From: Rhodospirillaceae bacterium
Lineage (GTDB): Bacteria > Pseudomonadota > Alphaproteobacteria > Azospirillales > Azospirillaceae
Reading direction: 5' to 3'
DNA: 64,000 nt
Assembly: GCA_037132135.1 (NCBI GenBank)
Contig: JBAXPR010000003.1
Location: 16,943 to 80,942, forward strand
Shown: positions 26,543-36,759 of the stretch, in pieces
Position numbering within the stretch: position 1 is the stretch's first letter
Layout: each line of letters opens with the position of its first letter
Notes under the pieces: model-generated
Seen by the model: only the letters and a program-made list of their open reading frames with translations
Databases searched by the model: none
What the model was told of the DNA's origin: nothing
Program-made: the position numbers and the translations under genes

Positions 26543-28528
26543 TCAGGCGGCCTGGTTCCTGACGAGGTGGCTGAACTCGGTTTCATCGTGGAGCGACCGG
26601 TCGAACTGGACGTGCAGGCCGCCATCCTCATTGATCACCCGGAACGGGACCGGCTCCGGCAGGCCGGAGATCGTGATCGCGCCGGTGGCGCCCGGGCTGA
26701 GGCTGAGGCCCTGAAGCTCGGCGCCGGTCTTCGAGAGATTCGAGACCCGCGCGGTGTGGCTCTGGCCGTGAACCAGGGCGGTGGCCGGAATGTCGACGGT
26801 ATGCCGGGGGGCCTGACGGCGATTGGCCTCCTTGGTCGAGGTGCGCACCGCTTGCACCAGGACGTTGCGCAGGTGAGAGACACCCTCGGCGACCGAGCCT
26901 GCGACCTCGCAGACCGCCATCGCCGAATTCATCGTGGTCTGGGCGTCCATGGCCACCTGCTCGATGCGCCGGGACACTTCCTGGGCCGCGCTCGCGGTCT
27001 CGTTGACGTTGCGCGCGATCTCGTGGGTGACCGCGCTCTCCTGCTCGATGGCGGCGGCGACCGAACTGGAGGTCTCATCGATCTGGGCGATTTGAGCGGC
27101 GATCTCGGTGACCGCCGCCACCGCCGCGGCGGTGATCGACTGGACCTCGGCGATGACGCGGGTGATTTCGTCGGTGGCCTTGGCGGTCTGCCCGGCCAGG
27201 CCCTTGACCTCGCTGGCGACCACGGCGAAGCCCTTGCCGGCGACGCCGGCGCGCGCCGCCTCAATGGTGGCGTTGAGGGCCAGCAGATTGGTCTGGCCGG
27301 CGATGGCGGCAATCAGCTTGGCGAAATCGCTGATCCGGCCGACGGCGGCACTGAGCGAGCGGATGGTGTCCTGGGTGGTACGGCTGGTTTCGACTGAGAC
27401 CCGGGTCGCAGCGCCGGCCTGACTCACCTGACGGCTGATCTCTCCGATGGCCGCGGTGAGTTCGTCGCAGGCGCTGGCCACCGTTTCGGCGTTGGTCAGG
27501 GTCTGGCGCGCCGCCGAGGCCACTTCGTCGGAGTTGGTGCCGACCCGGAGCGCGATCGCCGCCATGCTCTGGGATTTGGCGGTCATGGCATCGGTCTGAG
27601 CGGCGACCACGGTGACCGCGTTGCGGCTTTCCTCCTCGATGGTATCGGCCATCCGGGCCAGGGCGTTGGTCCGCTGGGCCTCGGCGGCGGCCCGGTGATG
27701 CTCCTGGTCGGCGCGCATCCGGTCCATTTCCAGGGCCGTATCCTTGAACACCCGGACCGCCGCCACCATGGTGCCGATCTCGTCGCGGGTGCCGGCATCG
27801 GGCAGGGTGACCGAGAGATCGCCGGCGGCGAGGCGGTTCATCACCTCTGTCACCCGGTTGACCGCACGGGCGATCACGGTGCTGGCCAGCACCGTGATGA
27901 TCGCCGAACCGGCCAGGGCCAGGGAGAAAATCAGGATGAAGGCCTGAAGGGCGGTGTGGGTGGCCTCCTGGGTCGCGGCGTAGAGCCGGTCAGTTTGCCG
28001 CTTCTGGTAATCGGCCCAGCGGGTAACCGCGGCCTCGGAGGCGGTATAGCGCCGTTCGGCTTCGGAAAGCAGGGTGGTGGCCATCGCCGGGTCGGCGTCG
28101 ATCATGTCGACGGTTTCGCGCACCGCCTTGACATAGGCGCCGGCGCCGGCTTCGACCTGGGTCACCATCGCGGCTTCCTCGTCGTCGTAGCGGTAGTCGC
28201 GCCGCAGCGTCGCCACCGCCTCATCGATGGTCTTGAGTTCGGCCACGGTGGCGGCAAGCAGCGCCGCGACCTTTTCCTCCTTGACGCCGACGCTCTGCCA
28301 GTTGAGGGCTTTGTAGAGGCCGACGTTGACCATCATCACCGCCGTTTTCAGGTCGCTGATCTTCCCCTTCTTGGCCATCGCGGTGCCATAAAGGTAGTCG
28401 AGGGCCTCGCCCTGGGATGATATGGTCCTGAAGGACATCGCACCGATCCCGAGCATCGCGAGCAGGATCAGCGACGGGGCGATGAACAGCTTCGTCCGCA
28501 GTCTCAGATTGAGAAAGAGCCGGATCAT
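26543..28528 (-). CDS. methyl-accepting chemotaxis protein with C-terminal PilZ domain
   Basis: TM-sensor-TM-HAMP, signalling hairpin [20 protein letters not shown], then a C-terminal 92 aa with RRQAPR ... NLSKTG (PilZ RxxxR / D/NxSxxG). Start placed at ATG 28528 behind GAAGGGAA. Confidence 0.85.
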   Translation of the reverse strand: MIRLFLNLRLRTKLFIAPSLILLAMLGIGAMSFRTISSQGEALDYLYGTAMAKKGKISDLKTAVMMVNVGLYKALNWQSVGVKEEKVAALLAATVAELKTIDEAVATLRRDYRYDDEEAAMVTQVEAGAGAYVKAVRETVDMIDADPAMATTLLSEAERRYTASEAAVTRWADYQKRQTDRLYAATQEATHTALQAFILIFSLALAGSAIITVLASTVIARAVNRVTEVMNRLAAGDLSVTLPDAGTRDEIGTMVAAVRVFKDTALEMDRMRADQEHHRAAAEAQRTNALARMADTIEEESRNAVTVVAAQTDAMTAKSQSMAAIALRVGTNSDEVASAARQTLTNAETVASACDELTAAIGEISRQVSQAGAATRVSVETSRTTQDTIRSLSAAVGRISDFAKLIAAIAGQTNLLALNATIEAARAGVAGKGFAVVASEVKGLAGQTAKATDEITRVIAEVQSITAAAVAAVTEIAAQIAQIDETSSSVAAAIEQESAVTHEIARNVNETASAAQEVSRRIEQVAMDAQTTMNSAMAVCEVAGSVAEGVSHLRNVLVQAVRTSTKEANRRQAPRHTVDIPATALVHGQSHTARVSNLSKTGAELQGLSLSPGATGAITISGLPEPVPFRVINEDGGLHVQFDRSLHDETEFSHLVRNQAA

Positions 28529-28840
28529 TGCGCGGTTCCCTTCATTGACACTCCTGGCCGCCCGGTTCGAACAGAGCTGGCGGGCCACCGTATCACTTCG
28601 CCCCCATCATCGACTATATGCGCCACAGCCCCGGATGATGTCTCCAACTTTCTTCGGGCAGAGAGCGCTGTTACCGGCGCTTCCGCTTATAGGATCAGTG
28701 AGTTTATAATAAACCCGGCCGCTCTTGGTGGCCTTGGCGGGGTCAAATAGTTGCTGACCACTGGCCGCCGTCCTCGAAATCTTTGGTTTCTCCTCCCCGA
28801 CGGAACAAGCCGCTTGGGAGTGCAGGGGCCGGGTGTCCGG

Positions 28841-31800
28841 TCAGGCCGCCGCCGGCTTGCGGCTTTCAAGGGCGGCGCGGACCAGTTGGCCGAACTCCAC
28901 GGCCGGCACCGGGCGGCCGAACAGGTAGCCCTGGCATTCCTGGCAGTTCTTGTTTTTCAGGAAGTTCGCCTGCGCCGCTGTTTCGACCCCCTCGGCGAGG
29001 GTGATCATGTTCATCGTCTCGGCCATCTGCAGGATGGTGGTGACGATGGCGTCGCTGTCCGGATTGATGGTCAGGCCGGAGACGAACGAGCGGTCGATCT
29101 TCAATTTGTCGGTCTTGAGCTTGTGGAGGTAGGAGAGACAGGAATAGCCGGTGCCGAAATCGTCGATCGCGAGCCGGACTCCGAGCCGCTTCAGGTCGTT
29201 GATGACGTCGAGGGTCTGGTTGCCCTCGGCGATCAGCACCGATTCGGTCAGCTCCAGTTCCAGCCACTCGGACGGCATGCCGGATTCGGTGATCAGCTCC
29301 CTCACCGTGTCGACGAAGTTGGGGCTGTGCAGTTGGATCGCCGAAATGTTGACCGCCAGCCGAAGGTCGGGGAAACCGGCCTCGCGCCAGAGCCGGCCCT
29401 GGCGGCAGACCTCGCGCAGCACCCAGAGGCCCATCGGCACGATCAGGCCGCTTTCCTCGGCGATCGGGATGAAGCGGGTCGGCGGTACCTGACCATGGTC
29501 GGGACTGAGCCAGCGCAGCAGCGCCTCGGCACCGATGATCACACCGCTGGAAAGGTCGATCAGGGGTTGGTAGTGGATCGAGAACTCGTCGCGCTCGATG
29601 GCGGTGCGGAGATCGTTCTTGAGCGTCAGGCGCTCGGTGGCATAGGCGATCATCGAGGCTTCGAACTGCCGGGTGGTGTTGCGGCCGTTCTGCTTGGCGT
29701 GGTAGATCGCGGCATCGGCCTTCTGGAACAGCAGATCGAAGCTCTTGCCATCGTCGGGATAGCGGCTGATGCCGAAGCTGGCGGTCAGCGACACCGGGTA
29801 GCGGCCCAGTTGCACCGGCACCGAGACCACGGCGCGCATGGCGTAGATCGAGGCATGGATCGCCTCTTCCGCCGGGACGTCGACCAGCAGGACCAGAAAC
29901 TCGTCGCCGCCGGTGCGGCAGACGATGTCGCCGGTGCCGATGGCGATGCAGCCCTTCAGCCGCTTGGCGATCTCGCGCAGCATCTCGTCGCCCGCGGCAT
30001 GGCCGAGGGTGTCGTTGATGTGCTTGAAATTGTCGAGATTGCATAAGACCAGCGCCATGCCGTTGCCGCTGTGGCCGGCCGAACCGCGGGCGATCTCGAA
30101 ATAGTCCTTGAGCATGCGGAGGTTGGGCAGCCCGGTCAGGGCGTCGTAGCGCGAAAGATAATCGATGCGGTCTTCGGCCGACTTCTCCTGGCTGAGGTCG
30201 GAGACGATCGCGACGTAGTGGGAGAGGCCGCCATCGGGGTTGTGGTCGGCCGAGACCCGGACCGAGGCGGGGAAGATGTCGCCGTTCCGGCGCACCGCGA
30301 CCGCTTCAGTCTCCCAGCTGCCGTGGCAGGCCAGCGCCTTGAGCGCCTGACGCAGCTGCGCCCGTCCGACGCCACCGGAAAAAAGGCTGTCGGGCCGGTG
30401 GCCGATCAGGTCCTCGGCGGTGGTGTGGAAGGCGGTCAGGAAGGCGTGATTTACCGACAGGATGCGATGGCGCCGGTCGGTGATGACGATGCCGTCGGGG
30501 CTGGACTCAAAGACCCGCGCCGCCAGCCGCACCCGGCTTTCGTTGCGCTGGCGTTCGGTGATGTCCCGGAACACCACCACGGCGCCGGCGTCGGCGGTGG
30601 CCGGCGTCACCGTGTAATCGACGGCGAAGCCGCTGCCGTCCCGGCGCCAGAAATAGTCGTTGCCGACCTTGCAGGCTTGGCCCCCGGCCAGTACGGCGGC
30701 CACCGGGCACAGCGCGTCAGGATAGGCCCCGCCGTCGGCGCGGCTGTGGTGAAGCAAGGCGTGAGCGTTCCGGCCGATCAGGTCGCCCTGGGTCCAGCCG
30801 AGCATCGCCAGCGCCGCCGGGTTGACGAACACCACCTCGCCCCGGGCGCCGATGCCGAGAATGCCTTCGCCCGCCGAATCGAGAATCGTCTGGTTCTGGC
30901 GGAGCAACCGGTTGAGGTCATCCTGGTTGCGCTTGATCGAGGAAATGTCGGAGGCGACCGCGACATAGCTCTGAACCGCGCCCGCCTCGTCACGGACGGC
31001 GCTGATCGCCAGCCACTGGGGATAGAGTTCCCCCGACTTCCGCCGGTTCCAGATTTCCCCCTGCCAGTGGCCGGTGCGGCCAAGCTCCTGCCACATCCGC
31101 TCGTAATAGCCGTGATCCTGCAGGCCCGATTTCAAAAAGCGCGGATTGCGCCCGCGAACCTCTGATTCGGTATAGCCGGTAATGCGGGTGAAGGCCGGGT
31201 TGACCGAGAGGATGGCCCCGTCGGCATCAGTGATGGTCACGCTTTCGATGGTGGTGTCGAAGGCCATCGAGATTTGGCGCAGCCGCTGGTTGGCGGTGCT
31301 GAAGATGCGGGCGAGGCCATGATAGCGGTGGGCGAGGGAGCCCAGCAGCAGGGCGCCGATCAAAAGGCCGGTGGCGGAGACGATCACGGCCGCCAGCAGG
31401 CCGCGATGGACTCCCTCGGCGCTGATCGCCGTTCCTTCGAGGCGGAGGAACACCGCGGCGGTCATCGCCGTGTAGTGAGTGCCCGAGATCGCGGCGCCCA
31501 TTGCCAGCGCGCCCAAAAGATCAGGAATCGTCGAGCGCGCCGCCAGCCTGCGCCGGGCGATCACGGCAACGCCGAGGGACAGGATGGCCAGCAGCGTCGC
31601 CGCCAGCAGCGACAGCAGGAACAGCGAAAGATCATAGCGCAGCGCCGCTGCCATCCGTAGCGCCGCCATGCCGGAAAAGTGCATGATTCCGATCCCGGCC
31701 CCCAGCACCGCGCCCGCAACAGCAATCCTCGGCCAGCCGCAGGCGGGCCGGCTGATCAGGTGAAAGGCGACGCCGCCGGCCAGGATCACCGGCAGCATTG

Positions 31801-32092
31801 AGGCCAGCGTGGTCGTCAGATCGTAACGCACGCCGCAGGGCAGGCTGAAGGCCAGCATGCCGATAAAGTGCATCGCCCAGGTGCCGAGGCCGAGCGAAAC
31901 GGCGGCCGCCGCAAGCAGGCTGAGGCGCTCAAGCGGGCGGCCGGCGGCGGCGATGCCGAGCGAGACCCGCAATGCCGCATAGGAGGCAAACACTGCCATC
32001 GCCACCGACAGCGCGACCAGAGACGGATTGTAAACGGGCAGATAGAGCCCGCCGGAGTCCGCTGCAACCGATGGTTGAATAAACTCCAGCAC
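28841..32092 (-). CDS. MHYT (7TM) - 3x PAS - GGDEF - EAL c-di-GMP turnover protein
   Basis: Three MHYT-type motifs (AMHFIGM, IMHFSGM, GTHYTAM), RTGGDEFLVLL, and QPLIDL..GAEALLRW..DDFGTGYS. GTG start. Confidence 0.9.
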   Translation of the reverse strand: MLEFIQPSVAADSGGLYLPVYNPSLVALSVAMAVFASYAALRVSLGIAAAGRPLERLSLLAAAAVSLGLGTWAMHFIGMLAFSLPCGVRYDLTTTLASMLPVILAGGVAFHLISRPACGWPRIAVAGAVLGAGIGIMHFSGMAALRMAAALRYDLSLFLLSLLAATLLAILSLGVAVIARRRLAARSTIPDLLGALAMGAAISGTHYTAMTAAVFLRLEGTAISAEGVHRGLLAAVIVSATGLLIGALLLGSLAHRYHGLARIFSTANQRLRQISMAFDTTIESVTITDADGAILSVNPAFTRITGYTESEVRGRNPRFLKSGLQDHGYYERMWQELGRTGHWQGEIWNRRKSGELYPQWLAISAVRDEAGAVQSYVAVASDISSIKRNQDDLNRLLRQNQTILDSAGEGILGIGARGEVVFVNPAALAMLGWTQGDLIGRNAHALLHHSRADGGAYPDALCPVAAVLAGGQACKVGNDYFWRRDGSGFAVDYTVTPATADAGAVVVFRDITERQRNESRVRLAARVFESSPDGIVITDRRHRILSVNHAFLTAFHTTAEDLIGHRPDSLFSGGVGRAQLRQALKALACHGSWETEAVAVRRNGDIFPASVRVSADHNPDGGLSHYVAIVSDLSQEKSAEDRIDYLSRYDALTGLPNLRMLKDYFEIARGSAGHSGNGMALVLCNLDNFKHINDTLGHAAGDEMLREIAKRLKGCIAIGTGDIVCRTGGDEFLVLLVDVPAEEAIHASIYAMRAVVSVPVQLGRYPVSLTASFGISRYPDDGKSFDLLFQKADAAIYHAKQNGRNTTRQFEASMIAYATERLTLKNDLRTAIERDEFSIHYQPLIDLSSGVIIGAEALLRWLSPDHGQVPPTRFIPIAEESGLIVPMGLWVLREVCRQGRLWREAGFPDLRLAVNISAIQLHSPNFVDTVRELITESGMPSEWLELELTESVLIAEGNQTLDVINDLKRLGVRLAIDDFGTGYSCLSYLHKLKTDKLKIDRSFVSGLTINPDSDAIVTTILQMAETMNMITLAEGVETAAQANFLKNKNCQECQGYLFGRPVPAVEFGQLVRAALESRKPAAA

Positions 32093-32324
32093 GTGTCAAA
32101 CCCTCCTCCCCCTGTCTTCCGGAAGCGGAAGGCGAGGGAACACCGGCCGGACCTGCCTCGGCAGTCACCGTTGAACCAGATAACCAAGACTTTATGTAAA
32201 TATGCTTAAAACAGTCAGGGATCGTCGGCATACCTGCCCGGTTTCTGATCGTGGAGGTTGGGGGCAGCCATGAAGACAGGAGGGTTGCAAAATGCCGCAG
32301 ACCACGACTTGGAATCATTCAAGA

Positions 32325-34646
32325 TCAACCCTCGGCACTGAGCCGTTCCAGTTCGTTTGCCGTGTCATCGATCGCGGCGGCGACAGCTTCGAGCAGGGTC
32401 GCGGCGGCCTCGACATCGGCGCAGCTCTGAAGTTGCCGGGCCAGCGCCGCCACCCGGGTGCCGCCGATGTTCAAGAACATGCCTTTTATTGCATGGGCAG
32501 CGCCATTGGCCAGCGGCAGATTCCCCTGAGTGATGGCATCCTTCAGCAGCGACAGCTGATCCCGGCTGCAGGGTATGAAGGCGGACACCAAGTCCGAGAA
32601 GGCCGCCGGCATCATCATGGTCCTGATTTCGATCAGCAGGCCGCGATCGACCAGCGGAATGTGGCCGATGCCCGGGTCGGTCGCCGAGGGGGCCGCGACC
32701 GGCGCGCAGGGGGCCGGCACCCCGTTCTGGATCCGGGCGAGCACGGCATCGACCTTGCTCCACTCGACCGGCTTGGTCAGGAAGTCGGTCAGGCCGGCGT
32801 TCATGTAGACGGTACGGTGTTCGGCCAGGGCGTCGGCGGTCAGAGCGACGATCGGAATCCCCGAGAGCGGCGGCGGCATGGTCCGGATACGGCGGGTGGC
32901 TTCGGGGCCGGCCATCACCGGCATCTGCATGTCCATCAGAATCAGGTCGAAGGGCTGGGTGGCCACGGTCTCGCAGGCCTGCAGGCCGTTCTCGACCATG
33001 GCCACCCGGTGGCCCCGTTGCTCCAGGCCGATCTTGACGATCATGCGGTTGATCGGGTTGTCCTCGGCCAGAAGGATCGACATCGGGTGCACCGTGACCG
33101 CCTCTTGCGGCTCGACCAAGAGATCGCCGGGATGGCCGGGTTGGACGACGCAAGTGAAGCCAAATAACGAGCCCCGTCCGAACTCGCTGGTGGCGCCGAT
33201 TTCACCGCCCATCAGTTCGACCAGCCGTTTGCTGATGGCCAGTCCGAGCCCGGTGCCGCCGAATTTCCGTGTCGTGCCCTTGCCGGCCTGGGAGAACGGG
33301 ATGAACAGATTGGCCATGTCGGCTTCGGAAATGCCGATGCCGGTGTCCTCGACCTCGAAGCGCAGCCGGATGGTGTCACCCGAGTCCTCATGGCGGACCC
33401 GGACGGTGACCTGACCGTCGCGGGTGAATTTGACCGCGTTGTTGATCAGGTTGCCCAGGACCTGTTTGATCCGGGTCGGGTCGCCGCGGACGAAGAGGGC
33501 GGCGAGGCCACCAGCGTCGAGGGCGATGGTGCAGCAGTTCTCCTCGGCCTTGGCCATAAACAGCAGCACCGTCTCTGCGGTCACCGCGATGGCGTCGAAG
33601 GTGACGCATTCGAGCGCCAACCGGTCGGCTTCGATCTTCGAATAGTCGAGGGTATCGTTGAGCACCGTGAGCAGGGTCCGCGCCGAGGAGCGCATGGCGT
33701 CGATGTAGAGCTTCTGATCGTCGTTGAGCGGCGTTTCGGAGAGGAAGTCGGCCATGCCGATGACCCCGGTCATCGGGGTGCGCAACTCGTGGCTCATCAT
33801 GGCAAGGAAGGCCGATTTGGCGCGGCTGGCCTCCTCGGCGGCCTCCTTGGCCCGGATCAGCTGGGCTTCCGCCGATTTGCGCTCGGTGATGTCGGAGGAA
33901 AGCACGAGGTAGCCCACCGCTTCACCGTTCTGACCATGGATCGCGGTGATCCGGGTTTCGAAGCTCCGGCCCGGCGCGCCGCGATAGGCGCTGGACTCGA
34001 AGACATGCTCGCCGGTTTGATCGACCAGCCTCAGGCCCTGCCGGACACGGGACGACGGGATGCCCTGCTCGCCATGGATGACCTCGATCGGCCGTCCGAT
34101 GACCTCGTGCTTGCGGTAGCCGAACACCCGTTCGGCCACAGGATTGAAGTAGACGATCCGCATCTCCCGATTGACGGTGACGATGCCGAGGTCGTTGGTG
34201 CAGGTCAGGATGCTGTTGAGATAGCTGCGCTCTTCAGAGAGGGCGCCCTCGGCCTGCTTGCGTGCCGTGATGTCCACCCGGCTGATCACCACGCCCTGCC
34301 AGTCCGCCTGCAGGCGCGAGGCGGTGAGGTGGAACCAGCGCTGGTCCCAGGGCACGTGATCGGCGACCTCCATGTGGAAGCTGCTGCGGGTACCGGTCAA
34401 TAGCTCCGAGAGGGCGGCGCGCAGGGCATGCCCCTGCGGGTTGACCGTCTGGTCATCCCAGCTGCAGAGCTGAAGATAGTCGTGTCCGAGCCAGTCTTCC
34501 TCGCGGCTGCGCGCCCCGCCATTGGCCAGATCATAGAGAATCCACGCCGCATTGACCATCACGACGCGCCCCTCGCCGTCGAGCACCAGAATCTGCGCCT
34601 CCATGGAGTCGATGATCGAACGCAACAGGCTGAGGCTGTATTCCAT
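32325..34646 (-). CDS. hybrid sensor kinase: PAS-PAS-HisKA-HATPase-REC-HPt
   Basis: MSHELRTPMTGVIG, DTGIGIS..GTGLGLAISKRL, ILLAEDNPINR..ILMDMQMPVMAG, and AHAIKGMFLNIG (HPt). Confidence 0.9.
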   Translation of the reverse strand: MEYSLSLLRSIIDSMEAQILVLDGEGRVVMVNAAWILYDLANGGARSREEDWLGHDYLQLCSWDDQTVNPQGHALRAALSELLTGTRSSFHMEVADHVPWDQRWFHLTASRLQADWQGVVISRVDITARKQAEGALSEERSYLNSILTCTNDLGIVTVNREMRIVYFNPVAERVFGYRKHEVIGRPIEVIHGEQGIPSSRVRQGLRLVDQTGEHVFESSAYRGAPGRSFETRITAIHGQNGEAVGYLVLSSDITERKSAEAQLIRAKEAAEEASRAKSAFLAMMSHELRTPMTGVIGMADFLSETPLNDDQKLYIDAMRSSARTLLTVLNDTLDYSKIEADRLALECVTFDAIAVTAETVLLFMAKAEENCCTIALDAGGLAALFVRGDPTRIKQVLGNLINNAVKFTRDGQVTVRVRHEDSGDTIRLRFEVEDTGIGISEADMANLFIPFSQAGKGTTRKFGGTGLGLAISKRLVELMGGEIGATSEFGRGSLFGFTCVVQPGHPGDLLVEPQEAVTVHPMSILLAEDNPINRMIVKIGLEQRGHRVAMVENGLQACETVATQPFDLILMDMQMPVMAGPEATRRIRTMPPPLSGIPIVALTADALAEHRTVYMNAGLTDFLTKPVEWSKVDAVLARIQNGVPAPCAPVAAPSATDPGIGHIPLVDRGLLIEIRTMMMPAAFSDLVSAFIPCSRDQLSLLKDAITQGNLPLANGAAHAIKGMFLNIGGTRVAALARQLQSCADVEAAATLLEAVAAAIDDTANELERLSAEG

Positions 34647-35019
34647 AAAGCGGTCCCTATCGATCCGACGACGGAAGGGGCTGAGGACTGAAATTTGCCG
34701 GGGGCTTTGATCTCGGGGGCGTGCAGGCTTTCATGAGGAAACGACAGATGACAAAACCACAAGAGAGATTTTTGCAGCCCGGATTACGCTTAATCGGCAT
34801 CAGATCGTCTGGTGGATACGGTTATGTCTGCATCTGTCTTTTTTTCGGACGGCGACCTGGACAGGGCGATATCTTCAGGACGATTACGTGCCAGTCAAGG
34901 CTGAAACGACCGCATCCACTAACGGTCACTCCCGCGGGTCCGTCCGGGAGCACGCGCTTCATATGATTTCCAGGGGGCACAGTAGCTCAAAAATTCCTGG
35001 TGGCAAATTGGTTTCTATG

Positions 35020-35047
35020 TTACCAGATAACCTGAACTAGTTAATAT
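35020..35047 (+). promoter_or_regulatory. candidate sigma70-type promoter for the phytochrome operon
   Basis: TTACCA-16 nt-TAATAT in the AT-richest part of the 585-bp intergenic region. It would give a ~180-nt 5' UTR. Pattern match only. Confidence 0.25.
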
Positions 35048-35231
35048 TGTTCGGTTGATCACGGCGTGGTCACGTTGGTTTTCGCTGAGATGTCCCGGCC
35101 GTCTTGTTCCGAACTTTCGGTTTGTCACAGTTTTGAGGCCAGTATCCGTCCTGACCAACGATCCGGCCGTGTTGTTGTCCGCGCGTTCGGCGGGACAGGA
35201 GGGCCTGCTGCCTTAGGGGCGAAAGACAGAC

Positions 35232-36728
35232 ATGCCTTCGGTGATCGCAAGCCAATTGATGTCGTGCGAGGAGGAAGCTCTTGCGCACTCGGGGTTGATT
35301 CAACCCCATGGCGTTCTTCTGTTCATCGAGCGGGTCAGCGGCCGCATCAGCCATGTCAGCGCCAATTGCGCCAGCCTGCTGGGGGTCACGCCGGAGGCTT
35401 TGCTCGGGCAGGACGGTCTGGCCTGGCTGGCCCGGCGGAGCCGGGTGCCGGTGACGCTGCCAACGATGGCCGGAAAGCGCGAGGACGTGCCCCGGATGCT
35501 TGAAACGGCGGCCGGTTCGCTGGATTTGCTGATCTCGGCCAGCGGAGCCGGCTGGCTGCTTGAGTTCGAGGCCGCCGCCCCGGTCGAGGCTGCGGCGCTG
35601 CCGGGTGAGCCGCCCCCGGCTCGGGCTCCCCCAAAGGACGAGGCGGAGATGCGCCGGGTGGAGCAGGCGCTGGTCGAGGCGATCCAGGCGCTGACCGGCT
35701 ACAGCCGGGTGATGCTCTACCGGTTTCATGCCGACTGGTCGGGCGAGGTGATTGCCGAGGCAGTGACCGGGGCCATCGGCCGTTATCTCGGGCTGCGCTT
35801 TCCCGCCTCGGACATTCCCGCCAACGCCCGGGCTCTCTATTCCCAGACTCCTTACCGGCATATCGCCGATGTCGGGGCAAAGCCGGTGGCGCTGGTTTGC
35901 GATGGCGATGCCGCGGGCCGCCCCCCGCTCGACATCACGTGGTCTGACTTGCGCTCGGTGTCGCCGATCCATCTCCAGTATCTGAAAAACATGCGGGTCG
36001 CCGCCTCGTTTTCGGTCTCGGTGATGGTCGCGGGCAGGCTCTGGGGGCTGATCGCCTGTCACCACCAGCAGGCCGGCTTTCTGCCTCTGGCGGTTCGTCA
36101 GCACAGTGTCCGGCTGGCGCGGGACTTCGTGTTTGCGCTCCAGGTCTATGAGGCGGGGGTTCGACGGCGGGTTCACGACGTCGTGACCGAATGCTCGACG
36201 GCGCTGCGTAGCGCCGTAGACGCCGGACGGCCGATCGCGGAGGCGCTGGCCGATGAACAGGGCCGGTTGCTGAAGCTGTTCGGCGCCGTCGGTGGCGCGC
36301 TGATCACCGGCACCACCGTCTGTCCGATCGGCAAGGCGCCGGACCGCCTGTTCCTGATGGCGTTGCACCAGTGGTGCCAGCGCAACCAGACCGAGGCGGA
36401 ACTGAGTTTCGACCACCGGCCCGAAGCGCTGGCGGCGTCGGCTTCGCCATCGCCTCCGTGCGGCGTGCTGGCGCTGCGCCTCCGGGCGGCCAGCCTGGGC
36501 GGCGACTGGGTATATCTCTACTGGCTGCGCCCCGAGCAGGCCCAGGAGATCGTCTGGGCCGGCAATCCCGACAAGCCGGTCGAGGTCAGTTCCGACGGTC
36601 TGCGCCTTTCGCCGCGCGAGTCCTTCGAGAAGTGGGTCGAGGTCCGCCGGGGCTATGCTTCGCCCTGGGAGATACACACCCTGTTTGCCGCCCAGCAGTG
36701 GCGCAAGCAGTTGGCGCAGTGGCTGTGA
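35232..36728 (+). CDS. bphP: bacteriophytochrome photosensory core (PAS-GAF-PHY) with no output domain
   Basis: Cys12 in LMSCEEEALAHSGLIQPHGVLL (biliverdin-Cys context). GAF motifs RFPASDIPANARALY, SPIHLQYLKNMRVAASFSVSV and LWGLIACHH. PHY tongue motif SPRESFEKW. The protein ends about 10 aa after the PHY domain. Confidence 0.9.
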   Translation: MPSVIASQLMSCEEEALAHSGLIQPHGVLLFIERVSGRISHVSANCASLLGVTPEALLGQDGLAWLARRSRVPVTLPTMAGKREDVPRMLETAAGSLDLLISASGAGWLLEFEAAAPVEAAALPGEPPPARAPPKDEAEMRRVEQALVEAIQALTGYSRVMLYRFHADWSGEVIAEAVTGAIGRYLGLRFPASDIPANARALYSQTPYRHIADVGAKPVALVCDGDAAGRPPLDITWSDLRSVSPIHLQYLKNMRVAASFSVSVMVAGRLWGLIACHHQQAGFLPLAVRQHSVRLARDFVFALQVYEAGVRRRVHDVVTECSTALRSAVDAGRPIAEALADEQGRLLKLFGAVGGALITGTTVCPIGKAPDRLFLMALHQWCQRNQTEAELSFDHRPEALAASASPSPPCGVLALRLRAASLGGDWVYLYWLRPEQAQEIVWAGNPDKPVEVSSDGLRLSPRESFEKWVEVRRGYASPWEIHTLFAAQQWRKQLAQWL

Positions 36729-36759
36729 CCGCGTCCGCGGCGCGCAGGATGGGTGATTG

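Noticed and set aside
28555-28575. GGTTCGAAC string resembling a tRNA T-arm
   Set aside because: It lies just upstream of the MCP start codon (within its leader / upstream extension of the track ORF), with no acceptor or anticodon arms around it. No tRNA-like cloverleaf was seen in any intergenic gap.
34721-35503. ORFs 34721..34966 and 35066..35503 in or overlapping the bphP upstream region
   Set aside because: They have no Shine-Dalgarno, odd composition (Cys/Arg/Ser-rich) and no third-position GC bias. The second runs out of frame into bphP.
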